A model generated the notes under the pieces. The model had not been told where the DNA came from, did no database searches, and saw only the letters and a list, made by a program, of their open reading frames with translations. Both the position numbers and the translations under genes were made by a program. DNA of 64,000 nt from Lama glama (taxonomy: Eukaryota): NCBI GenBank assembly GCA_028534125.1, contig CM052816.1, positions 34,598,001-34,662,000 on the forward strand, read 5' to 3'. Positions 35,961 through 48,099 of the stretch are shown here, piece by piece. Within the stretch, counting starts at the first letter, position 1. Every line of letters starts with the position of its first letter.

Positions 35961-37674
35961 CATTTTGTGATTACTGCTTGTTTAGTTAACTCATTGCCCT
36001 GGAAACCCAGTGGCCTCATGGGGACCTAGGTGAATGCTTTTATAAATTTTCCCAGAGGGTACTAGATCTACTCCAAGGAGCAGTTTTAGTGCTAAGATGA
36101 ATGATTTTCAAAGAACCAAGAAGACATTTAAAGAAAGAGCACATATATGTTTTTCACTTTACTGGCAATTTGAGAATATTCTTCTCCAACATGCTTGCCT
36201 GCTTTCTAGTTGCTAGATAGAATAAGGGAGTAATCTCCAAGTGTGGAGGGTCAGTTAGAATTCCAAGCACCATGGTCTAATCTCCCTAGGATAATAATAA
36301 ATCAATGTTACAAAAACAAGCGATGAGTCCAGATAATTCTGCCCTTACAGTAGTGACAGTTCATCAAGGCATGTTAAAACTCTCTAACTCTGTGCCATTT
36401 CAGCAGTTCCAATAGTTTTCAAAGCATCTGAGACTTCCTGTTATTACTACTTATTTATTTGTGAGTATTGACAATAAAATGAATGCTTGCTGTTTGCATA
36501 ATTTTTTTGTTCCTTATTTTCAAGCCACTAGATATTCTTCTAACATCATGTGAGAATTTCTTCTTTCCGTCAGTTTCCACTATATAGCAGGTATTTTATA
36601 AAGTGTTTATAAAAATGCATCTCAATTTGCAAAATATGCAACAGTTTGGTATTAGGACCAGGAGGCTTATTTGAAATTCAGCATGATTCCTTAATTTCTA
36701 ACCTAAAAAAAAGCAAAGGAAAAAAGGAAACCTCATATTGCTTTTTAGATCTCATCTTCCTGCATTTGTGGTTAGTTCATTTCAATTTCTTGTGTCAAAA
36801 GAATGTAGTAACTCATCATACACCATTGATCAGAGGGAGGACAGTTTACAGTTTCTTGTTTCTATTTCTTAAAAAAAGACCCCACATATACAACATACAC
36901 AAAAAACTTTTTTTTAAAAATGGAGAACAGGTAGTAAGGTATAAGTTATATTGAGTAGCTCTCTCTATTTCCCTGATTTCCCAATAACACTTCATGGCTT
37001 TCTTTTCTTTCTTTCTTCCCTCTCACTATAAATATCAGAGCTGATGACTGACTTTTATTGCTGCCTTTCATGCATATTCCTCAGGCTTGCAAATCAGCTC
37101 TTGATTCCGGGAATCATCTCCCTGTCTCCTGCCCTTGCTCGCACTTTTCTAATGGGGCTAAGGGGCCACAAAAGGATCCACATTGTACAGCGCCTTGATT
37201 TGAATAGTAAAACTTGAAGGGTGGATGTTAGACTCGTTGCATCAGCTCATTTCAGTCCCCTTGGTGCGTGGTACAAGGCAGCCACCCCTGGAACATTTTG
37301 CCTATGGAGAAGATGACGAAAGGGCAACCTGGCAGGTGACAAAAATGGGGAAGAAAATAGAAGTGTTTGCAGAAAGCCTTCCTGCAAGCAGAAATTCTAC
37401 TCCCTACTTCAAATAGTGTTATTCTTTTAAAATAACATTTCAAGATACTTTATCTTTCTAAAATGAGTTATCTTGCCTAATAATGGTCCAGTGTAACATT
37501 CTAGTATATCTATTCTCTAACCTCATAGTACTTGACACTCACATTCTTGTTCTGACTGATCAAAACGTCTGAAGCATGTTTAGTGGATATATTGGTGGGG
37601 GTGTGTGTATATACACACATATACATCCAAATATTATGTTAATTTAGAAATAGAAGAATGAAATAATTAACCAT

Positions 37675-37915
37675 GATAATTAGCATTTTTGAGAACATAC
37701 TATGTGCCAGGGCCTGTACTGAGCACTTGCTCTCTCTCTCTCTCTCTTTCTCTAACTCTGTCTCTCTCTCTTACACACACACACACACTCACATACATAT
37801 TCTCATTTAATGTAATCTGAGGTAGAAACTATTACCAGTTCCATTTTCCAGGTAAGAAAACTGAGGCACGAAGATGTTAAGTGACTTGGTTAGGATCACA
37901 TAGCTGAAAGTATCA
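37675..37915 (-). mobile_element. MIR with embedded (CT)n(CA)n microsatellite
   Basis: tactatgtgccaggg; aaactgaggcacgaagatgttaagtgacttg. Confidence 0.75.
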
Positions 37916-38152
37916 GAGGGAGGCATGATAATCGAAGGCATGGATTTTTTTTTTTTTTTTGCCTAAAATTGAGGTGCTGTGCACAGTCCAACAACTGACG
38001 CAACGTGTTTGTTCTTCGGAAACTTGGTTCTAAATATCAACTAAACTTGCCAAACTTCTAAATTTTGTGACATTTCTGTTCTCTCAAAAAGGGTAAGTTC
38101 TTAGAATTATAGCTCCTGGAAACAAACATTTAAACCTCAGGCTCTTGGACTA

Positions 38153-38325
38153 AGCTGGCCAATATGATAGCACATTGGCTATTAAAATTAAAATTAAACT
38201 AAATTAATTTAAGGCCCCCAGCTGCATTTGCCACATTTCAAATGCTCAGTAGCAGCATGTGTCTCGTGGATACTCTGCTAGCCAGCACAGCTATGGGACA
38301 TTTCCACCATAGTAGCAATGCTGCC
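38153..38325. mobile_element. MER3/MER33-type hAT-Charlie fossil
   Basis: gccacatttcaaatgctcagtagcagcatgtgtctcgtggatac...gacatttccaccat. Confidence 0.75.
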
Positions 38326-38409
38326 CAAGGAGACAAGTAACTGAGGAGATACAAGAGAGTAAATGATCCTTGAGTTCCTTCTAGAAAAGGCACTAACGTG
38401 TGTTTCCAA

Positions 38410-38780
38410 AGAAAACATTTACTGAGTGCCCACTCTTGGCTAGGCACAGTGCTAGGTGCTGAGGGTACATTGATCGATATGGATCAATGAGGTAGACATG
38501 ATCTCTGCCCTTCCTGGAACTCACAGTCTCTTGAGCCAGTCACCAGGGTAAGCACTGCTGTGATGGGAGGTCTAATATGCTGGGAGACAGAAAACCTAGA
38601 AGATGCAGGTTTAGGGGTCAGGTAAGGCTTTCTGGGGGAGAGAGGAATCTAAACGAAGGCCTTGATTGTGAGAAGACTTATGAAACAAATACAAGAGGAA
38701 AAATGTTCCCAGTTGAAGGAACATCCCGTGTGAAGATCCTTACAGGGGAGAGAGCATGCCATGCTTTGGAAGAGTTTAAA
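38410..38780 (-). mobile_element. L2 fragment
   Basis: aaacatttactgagtgcccact...ggcacagtgctaggtgctgagg...ggaactcacagtct. Confidence 0.75.
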
Positions 38781-40129
38781 GTTGTCAGTAAAGTTACTTT
38801 CTTAATTCCGTTTCTTAGGATCAGAGCTTGAATTAAAAAGAAAAAAATTTTTTGCATTGTCCAAGTTACAGAGGGAAGGCAGTAGAGAAAGAAAAAGCAG
38901 AGGGTAGTTCAGAACAGGTATGCAGGAGCCAAAAGTGGCTAGTGGCTACCCCCACCCCCCACCACACTCCAGGTGCTACCCCTACCCACTGCCACACTCA
39001 AGGTGCTGCAATATGCAGAATGTGTGTGGACAGCAGGGTTGGAATGATGACAACAACATGGCAGCCACTTTAGAGGAAGGGCGTGTGCCTGATACCATGC
39101 TGGGCAGTTCACTAGCGTTATTTTACCAAATCCTCATCATAAACCTAGCTCCTTTTCCTACATTTACATGATTCAAAATTGGTAGCATAACCCATGAGAT
39201 AGAACAACCTGAACTCATGAACTCCTTACTTATTTGCTGAAATAGCAGGCTATACAGGGTCTCCAGTTACTGTTTCTTCCCTGCCCCAGGCTAGTACCAC
39301 CTGAGATTACCAGGTAGACGAATGATTTAGCTGACATGAAGGCAGACATGGAAGCAAAGCCAAAGAGTAGAACTAAGAAAACTTGTGCTGGAGAGAAATT
39401 AGTTAGCACCAAACTAAAAGTAAAGTATAACCACCCCCCACAAAAAAACAAGTGACTAAGGGAAATGCCCTCTCTTTCAGAACTAATTCACATAATGATT
39501 AACCATTTTCTAATACTGATTAACCCCCATAAAAGAATTTGGGGTTTTAGAATTTTCCAGAAAAGTACTAAACTAGGAACACTTGTATTTGTCGTCTTAT
39601 CCAGGAACATTCAGACTGACTCAAAACATTTATGACTTAACAGTGAGATAGTTCAAGCCAACTTTCTTCACAAACTTCCCTCTAAGATTGCTTCAATCTG
39701 TTGAAGACTGTTTTATGACTCAACCCAGCTAAAATTTCAGCAGCGCATATCTTCAGATAAAATGCTTCATTCACATCAAGCAGTAATTAAATGTGCAGGG
39801 CATGAAATAAGCAGCAAGTTTGGCTTCAGAGCTGTCTTGCAATCTGTAAGCATTCCAAGATAGACCATATGCCTTTAAATCTAGATGACTGCATACGTAT
39901 GCAAGAGAAAGCCAACTGCCATTTCTACACAAGAGTCATCAAAAGATGAAAAAAGACAGATTTATATTGCTTGACTGATGAACGTATGTTAATATATATG
40001 TCCACTGAGACTTGGTAAACTGCCTTTAACTTTCCCTTTTGTGTTCCTGATTCAGTTTTACTAGAGAAAACATTCAAACTGACAACTCAAACCAGCATTA
40101 TTCTTAAGTAGCTCATTGCAATGGACTGG

Positions 40130-40560
40130 GGTAGCTGTGTGGAAAGACAGATGTTTTGTTTCTCTAGCAAGTGTTGCCACCCTCTTCTTATGGTTTTTTA
40201 AAGAAACTTCTCCCACTCCACCACTGTGCCACCCTGGCTCCTGAACACTCTTGCCATGCCTGGGTAGTGGCATTGGGAATTCATTCAATCATGGACATGT
40301 GATTTATGCGACATGTCTCTGTGTGAGTCTTCCTTGGGATTGCACAGACATGGGGAGGAGCAGTCTTCCATCCATGGGCTTGCTCAGCCAGGAGGATGTC
40401 AGAATAGAGCCGCTGATGTCATATTGCTACCAAATGAAGAGAGCCTGTGTGAGAACAGTCAAGCAGAGACAAGCAGAACTGGAAGATAGAGACAGAGTCC
40501 TGACTGCATTGTTTGGGCCCCTGGATTTCTTCATGTCCGATGTCACTTTATAAGTATTGG
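40130..40560 (+). mobile_element. Ancient MaLR LTR (MLT1J/K/L-like)
   Basis: gcagaactggaagatagagacagagtcctgactgcattgtttgggcccctggat. Confidence 0.55.
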
Positions 40561-41399
40561 ATGAGTTAAGCAGTGTCTGGCAACCCAGGAGTTGCTCAAT
40601 AAATATTATTTCCCATTTCTTTTCCTCCCTCTTTGACTTTGGCAGCTGCCAGACAAGGATTCAAACCATCTTTGGCAGCCAGCACTTCTGTCTCTTGCTT
40701 TTAGAGGAAAGCCAATAAGACAGACTGGAAAATGATGAGCACAAAGTCGGCATCCTAGAACAAAGCAAGCTTCCTCTGCATCTGACAGATACCTCTTTGG
40801 AAACAGACATTCTTTGCTCAGTGTACTTTCATAGCTCAGAAAAAAAGCCCAGCCATAATCAAGGTGGGACAAAAATGACATTTTATTTCCTAGGGAAAGG
40901 AGATGACTCAGTCAAACCATGAAGTGGAACCTACTACAGGAAGCAGGCTACATAAGCACCTCAGAATGCAGTTTTCCAATGGACAGTTGTATGAAGGTGC
41001 CAATCTGCTGTGGTTGGCTATTTGCCAGTGGTACCATTATGTAGAAAGCAGGCAATCCAGAGTGTTAAAAATATAGAACTTAGCAACTTGACACTGTGTT
41101 TAGCTTCATGAAAACCAGACATTGTGGTGGTAATTAGTGCTCAATATTAAATGATCTAAAATTCAGGCAAGATAGGACAAGTAAAACCATCACTACTGAA
41201 TGATGTTTGCAAAATATGCATCCTCTCATCCCTGCGCAGTTGTGCAGATAAACTATTTGCTTGCACAGTAAATGCTGGTGGTTGATTATCAAATTGGCTT
41301 GTTTATGTGATGCAATCTGTGTAGTACGAAAATCTTAAAGGTAATTTCTGAGACCGTATGTTTGTGATATTTTCAGACTCAATAAGCAGTGTCATAAAA

Positions 41400-41720
41400 A
41401 TCATAGAATTTAGAACTGGAATGGATCTTATAGATGAAAAAAGCCAAGGCTCAGAAAAGTTTAGTGAGTTACTAAATGGCAAGGTGGGGACCTCAAGCCA
41501 TGTCTTTTGGTTTTCAGTTGGACATCTCTCCGTCATACAGCACTGTCTCATAGATGATCACACAGAACATGAGAATAGGGAAGGATCCTTTAAATCATCT
41601 GGTCCAACCTGCTCGTTTACAAGTAAGGAAATGGGGCCCAGAGATGAAGCTCTTACCAAAGTGTAGAAGGAAACTAGGTAAAATTTATTGACTCCTAGAC
41701 CAGTGCTCCCTCCTCGTTGC
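41400..41720 (-). mobile_element. Two MIR/MIR3 fragments
   Basis: tatagatgaaaaaagccaaggctcagaaaag; atcatctggtccaacctgctcgtttacaagtaaggaaatggggcccagaga. Confidence 0.6.
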
Positions 41721-43419
41721 CATGGATAAGTATGATTTATCGAACTTAGTTGTCATCCCACCATTTAATTTCTCTCAAAGGGCAAACAAATAAACAAGCA
41801 CCCAGTCATCACCAGAGAAATCTGGCAGGGGGTGAAGTCTGGCAATAAAAATCTTTTAGAGAAACAGGGTCTCTTAGTCAGGTAAGCGTGTGGTGAAGTA
41901 TAAATAAACATATAAATAAACTGAGCTGAAGGACTATAGTCGACTAGGTGCATTGTGATGTTTTACTTTTCCCGTAGTCACTGAGATCTAGCGGCTGCGG
42001 CTATTTCTGATACTGAAACCTTCCTAACTTCAATAAGGTAGCCTTTAAATGGCCTGCAGCATCAAGTCTCTTCTCGGTTCCTGGTTCCTAATTTCCTCTG
42101 ATATGGTGGATGGGGTTAAGCAGTGAGTATTTGAGTTGTTGTTATAGTTTAAAGTTCAGTGCTTTGTAAATTCCTGTAGGATATGTGTATACCAAGTAGA
42201 GTCTGCATAACTGTAAATAAGTCTCAGACTCTCTCTTTCCCATTGTACCTCACCCCGCTGACTCTCTCTCTTTCTGAAAATTAGAAGAGCTAAGTCATTC
42301 TATCTAAGGAAGAGGGGGAAGGTGAGAAGCAAGCCTCTGAGTTGCCTGTCCGCCTACAGAAGAACATTAACATTGTTAATCAGCATTACAGGCTTGGCTC
42401 TGCTTCCCAGGAAAGTGGTTGGTAGGATATAAAATGTTTTAATCCTTTCCAAGCAATGTTATCCTTGGTGATAGCCAGGAAGGAGGGATTTTTTTTTCTT
42501 TTCATTTATACTTTTTAGCAATCCTGTACAGTGCTGAGTTACTAATAATAAGAACCAAAATTGTCGTCAAATAATGTCAAGTCAGATTAAAGAGGAATCA
42601 TCAACTGCTTGCTCTGTGCCCAACCTTGTGCTAAATCCTATCAGAGAGACAAAAAATAATGTTGTCTTTCCCCTTGAAGAGTTCACCATCTTCTTAGAAC
42701 AATATTTAGTAACAAAAACAATAAAGTGTTGCTCTCCCTTAAGTATAGTTAATTCTAGTATGTATGACCCTTATCCAGTGGGGCATGACTCATGGAAGCA
42801 GTCAGAAGGACAGGGAGGAAAAGAAGGCTCTGATGAACCCAGGATGAACACTAGGGCTGTTTCACATGAACTCGTGGGTGAAGTCATCTCTGTTTCTTTT
42901 CTCTTGTTTGCTTTGGCTTCCTGCAACCAAGACTCTTGAGACTGCAGTCTGTTACGGAAAGTGGTGGTCTCAAAGCCTCAGAGAGATGGTATGAAAGAGC
43001 CCCTTGGTAATCTTGCTCAAAACACCATCAGCCTCAGACCGAGGCTTGTTACGGATCTGAACAGGTGCTTTCCTCTGAACCTGAGTGATAAGCCTTAGAT
43101 CAAACCTACTCTCTTGACTCTCTCATTATGAAGAATGAGAATGTGTATTTTGTTGTTTTTGTTTCCCTTATTTTTTATTTCCCCAGCCCACACTTTCACT
43201 TTTATGCAGATAATTCCCTTGGGGTCCACCCTATTTGTTCTTCAGTTATATCCTGATTTATCTGAGTCTTGGGTAAACAAAACTGAGGCAGCAGTGACAA
43301 CCCTTAAACAAAGAATAATAGTCAATCAACCCATAAATCCTGTTGGAACAAAGTAGATGGCAGATTAGCTGTACCTGCCAGCAATCTGTTCTAAACTGCT
43401 TAGCCCACACTCCGTTACG

Positions 43420-43640
43420 GTTACAGACTTTGGAGATGGACTCAAGATAGTGGGGGTTCCCAAATAAGTTAGTTAACTTCTCAGAGTCTCTGCTTACTTA
43501 TCTCTAAAATAGAAGCAATAATAATCCTACCTCCTAAAGATGTCAGGAGGATTAAATGTGGTACCCCATGCAAGGTACTAAATACTGTGCTTGGCCCATG
43601 GGTGAATAAACAATTTGGGCTTTTATTTTTATCATTATCC
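43420..43640 (+). mobile_element. MIR
   Basis: aagttagttaacttctcagagtctc...aataataatcctacctcc...gaggattaaatg. Confidence 0.65.
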
Positions 43641-46600
43641 TTAACACTGATCTGGATGCTCTTTCTGGTTCAATTTTACTGTATCAAAAACTGTTGGAAG
43701 TAAATCATTGTGCTCTGCCATTAGTAAGAGAAGAGGGAATGCTGAATTCAGGCACAGTCCTGTAACAGTTAAACCTTAACAAAACTTTAATTGTTCAGTC
43801 AGTAGTATAGTCATACCAAATGCTAAAAATAGCAGCAAAGCGCCTACTGCTCCTCACCCTAAGAAATCAATTATTTTGTTTCTATGTTCTTTTTCAAGTT
43901 TGTCCGTCATGAAACATAATTTTACAGTCACACATTTAACAGTGTAGATCCATTCAAAACGCAAGTAAATATTCTGATGAGCAATTATCAATGCTTACTA
44001 AGTACCAGGCACTATTCTAAGATGCTGGGAACATAAAGAAGGAAACACCTTGAAAATTTACAGGCAGTCAAAATTAAATATTGGATTTTGTTTTGGTAGT
44101 GTATATTTTCCCCCATAGCATAAGGATTTTCACATGTTGCTACAAAGGAATAGAGAAAGAGTCAAGAAACAAAAGATAATACATATTTCAGGGCTGGTAG
44201 TAAATAGAGCAATGACTGGAGAATGCCTGACCAACCCATATAATAGCTGAGCATTTTCCAAGAAGCATGGGAATATCCATTTATGTTACAGAAAAGGTAA
44301 AAAAATTAGAGTGATAATTTTTTAAAAGGAGTTCACATAACACATGCATCATAGGATAGTTGCAATAGTGATGACTTAAGAAATAAGTAGAAATAAAGAG
44401 ACAATAAATGTATGAAAAGGAACAGCGTATGAAATTGAGGCCATTAAGGAAATGAAAGAGAGAAAAGAAAACTCAGAAACTTAAAGACAAAATCATTCAC
44501 ATTCACTATTAGCTAAACATTGGTAGGTACCACAAAATGTGGAATGTCAACCAGAAAAGAGAAATCTGTCTACCAATAGAAAGGTAAGAAGTCAATTTCA
44601 GTCTTTAAAAAAAAAATTATGTAACACTCAAAAGCAACAACAAAAAACTCTACAAAAATAAATGAGATAAGTGGGAGGCACTTGGCGCATTTTGCAGGAG
44701 ATTTTGTGAATCCTTCTTTTAAACACTGAATTATCTTGCTGCTATTACTGCATTTCTTATGGGAATCACACAGACAATTATGCAATGTGCCCAGGCTAAG
44801 CTGAGGTCTTTCTGATCCATGGCCTTTCTGGTAAGCATTTGTTGTCATCAAAAAGAAAATTATGTAACTGGTCATCAGAATAATCCGTTTTCCTAAATCT
44901 TAGCAAACTCTCACCCAGAAATGAAAGCATAAGTGTATTTTACTGACAGAAGTAGTGATGCTGGGAAGGTTAGTGCTTTAGTTAACTGGTTTACAGAACA
45001 CTGGTAGAGAAGCAGAATAGGAATCTTTGTTGGTACAGAGGCTAGCATGGGGTGGATATTGGTGAATTTCGAGTCTTTCCTCTGGTCATTTGATGTTTAT
45101 TGCTCAATAATAGGATGGACAATTTAATTGATGTCAATCATTTTATTAAAAATAATCTAGCCAAAAAAACTCAAAATGTCTTAAATGTTAATAAATTGAA
45201 GACTAAGAATTCTCATACAGCTAATGCAATGCCATACTAATAAGCTATTAAGATAACATGTAAACACAAATGTATTTAAATATTTTACAGAAATCACGTA
45301 AATAATTAGGGTGATAGGTAAGATATAGATACTCAAGATATAGAAAGATATTCAAGATATCTATTTATTGAAAAAATAATTCTAGTTATATAATGATACT
45401 ATATGTATACACATATCTTTTTTAAAGTGAAAATGCATATTTAATATAATTATTTCTGGAAGGATACACAGAGATTGTGAACAGTAACTACTTCTAGAAG
45501 TGAGACTGTAGTGAGAGGTGTATTTGTGCTTTTCAATGTTTATACATATTCATATTCTTTGAATTTTTACACATGAAAATGAATTACCATAATAGTAAGC
45601 TAGTTTAAAACTGAGAAAAATTTAATGAAAAATTGTATGGTTAATGGTAAATATCAAGTATATCTAAGAAAACAAACTGAAAATTAATAAAGGGATATCA
45701 TTCTTTGGAGAAAAAAGTGAGATAAATAATTTTCAATAGAAATAAATTTATCTCATGATTCTAAAATAAAACAACCAGAAAATAAATGCTAAACAAAACA
45801 GTAAACACATTAGTTGCCATGTGTTAACAGCACTAAATTGCAACCAAAGCTGTGAAGCTAATGGTTCCCTTTCAGTCAGTTACTTTAATTATCAAGAATC
45901 AAATATATAAATGAAACTTTTCTCAAAGAACTTTATGAGTCTCTCCATGAATATGCATCTGAAAGACAGCAGGCCTCTTCCCTTCTTCATAACCACACAC
46001 ACACACACACACAGTTCTGCTGTGCACTGTCAACAGATGCTCACTACTGAAGGGAAATTTAATTTCATGACTCACTTAAAATATCAACATCTAAATGTAG
46101 ACATTCCTTTCATTGGAAAAACTGCTGTGACCATACCTTTCTATGGTAAAGACAAGTTCAAAGGGATGTATACATTTTTGGAGTGTGTCAAATGGCAATT
46201 TAACAGGTGGTACTTGTGAACGATAGGCTTTGGGGTAAGAGGAGCTCCCTCCTTGCTTTACTCATTCTGAGGCACATCATACCTGTTATCAGATGTGTCT
46301 ATTGCTTCACTCCTTTCAGTATTTATATTAATATCACAAGGGATTCTTGTAATGCCAAACTTTGTGATGACAATGAAAGAGGCAAAGTAAGAATGCCTGA
46401 ATCCACACTGGGGAATGAATATACCAGATCATAAATAGGTAATTAGGCATACAGATACTATCTGGCTCTGTCATTAACCTCAAATCTTTCTCATTAAAGC
46501 ACTGGTGAAGCCTTGAGCCTGGTTGCATTTGGATCCTCACCTTCTTCCATGTCTTCCACTGAGCCTCATCCACATACTTTAACTGTTATCAGTAACTACC

Positions 46601-47514
46601 CTTATTAATGATGATTCTTGTTACCATTTATTGTGAACCTAGTATATGTTGAGCACTGCGCCAACCACATTGCATATATTTTCTGTATTATTATCACTCC
46701 ACAAGGAAGTAAGGGCTCAGAGAGGGCACACAGTTCATAACTGTCAAAGCTAAGATGGGAACCTTGGTGTACCAGTTAGGGTTCTGGGTTGCAAACAATA
46801 GTTCTGATCCTGGTTAACATAACGCAGAAGAGTGATTTATTGAAAAGACATCAGAGATCTCACCTCTATGTGTATCCTGCCAGAAATTATATATATGTAT
46901 TTTTCTTTTTAAAAAAGGTATTATATTATGCTGGAGAAGGAGGCTCAGAACTGAGCAAAGGAACAAAGAGAAGGCTAGGAAGTCAGAAGCTCAGCCCAAG
47001 TCATGCCACTTGCTTGCAATAGAAAAAGAAATGGAGACAGTGAATGGCCACCCAGGGGAGTGGATGAATAAATTACAGTGGAATAGACTGAATATAATGC
47101 AGCCATTAATTGAAGTGAATAAACCTCTCCCTGGTACCTTGGATAGATTTTCATAAGGAATTGTTGAGTGAGAAAAGCATGATGCACAAAAGTATTTATA
47201 CCGGAAGTGGTTGGCTAAGGTGGGAATGGTGGCAAGGCAGGAGTATGAGGGTTGATGAATCAAACAAAAACAGCAAAGGAAAGATACACTATGTGTATAT
47301 GATTATATTTCTGTGTTTCTGTGAAGTTGTGCTTATGTATAATACATGTAATAAATAATTTTTTTAAATGCTAAAGGAATGGTGTAGTTAGGATTCTGTA
47401 ACTGCTGCTACTGCCATGATCAACATGAGGTCTCTGCATCTGTACTTTCTCTGCATTTTTTGCTCCAGAAGAAGGACATCTAAGATAGAGAGCATTGGAC
47501 TGGGTCTGGGTAAG

Positions 47515-47929
47515 TGTATTAGTCAGCTCAGGTGTGTAACAAAACACCACAGGCTGTGTGACTTCAACAACAGATATTTACTTCTCATAGTCCTGCAGGC
47601 TAGAAGTCCAAGATCAAGGTTGGACCAAATCAGGTTCTATAAGACCTCCCTTCCTGGCTTACAAACAACTTCCATCTCACAGTATCTTCACATGACCTCC
47701 TCTTTGTGTGTCTGCAGAGATCTCTCTCTCTCTTTCCCTTTCTCCCTCCCTTTCCCCCTTTTCACCTTCCCTCCTTCCTTCATTTTCTTCGTCTTCTTAT
47801 AAGGACACTAGTCCTATTAGATTTGAGCCTCACTCTTATTTCATTTAACCTTAATAATTACCTCCTAAAGATCCTACCTCCAAATACTTCAACACATGAA
47901 TTTTGTGGCACACAATTCAGTCAGTATCA
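47515..47929 (-). mobile_element. MaLR solo LTR (MLT1A/B-like)
   Basis: tgtattagtcagctcagg...ggctagaagtccaagatcaagg...tcttcttataaggacactagtc...cacaattcagtc. Confidence 0.85.
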
Positions 47930-48099
47930 GTGAACCAGCTTCCTTATTTATTTTTTTTCCATCATGGGTGTCTAGGCCTGACTTCACTAGACTTATACAT
48001 GCAGTAACCAATTCTCCAGACACAGAAAAGTGTTTGGCAGGATGGAGAAAGACACTTGACAAATCTGCAAATGTCTGACTTCAAAACCTATGCAAACTT

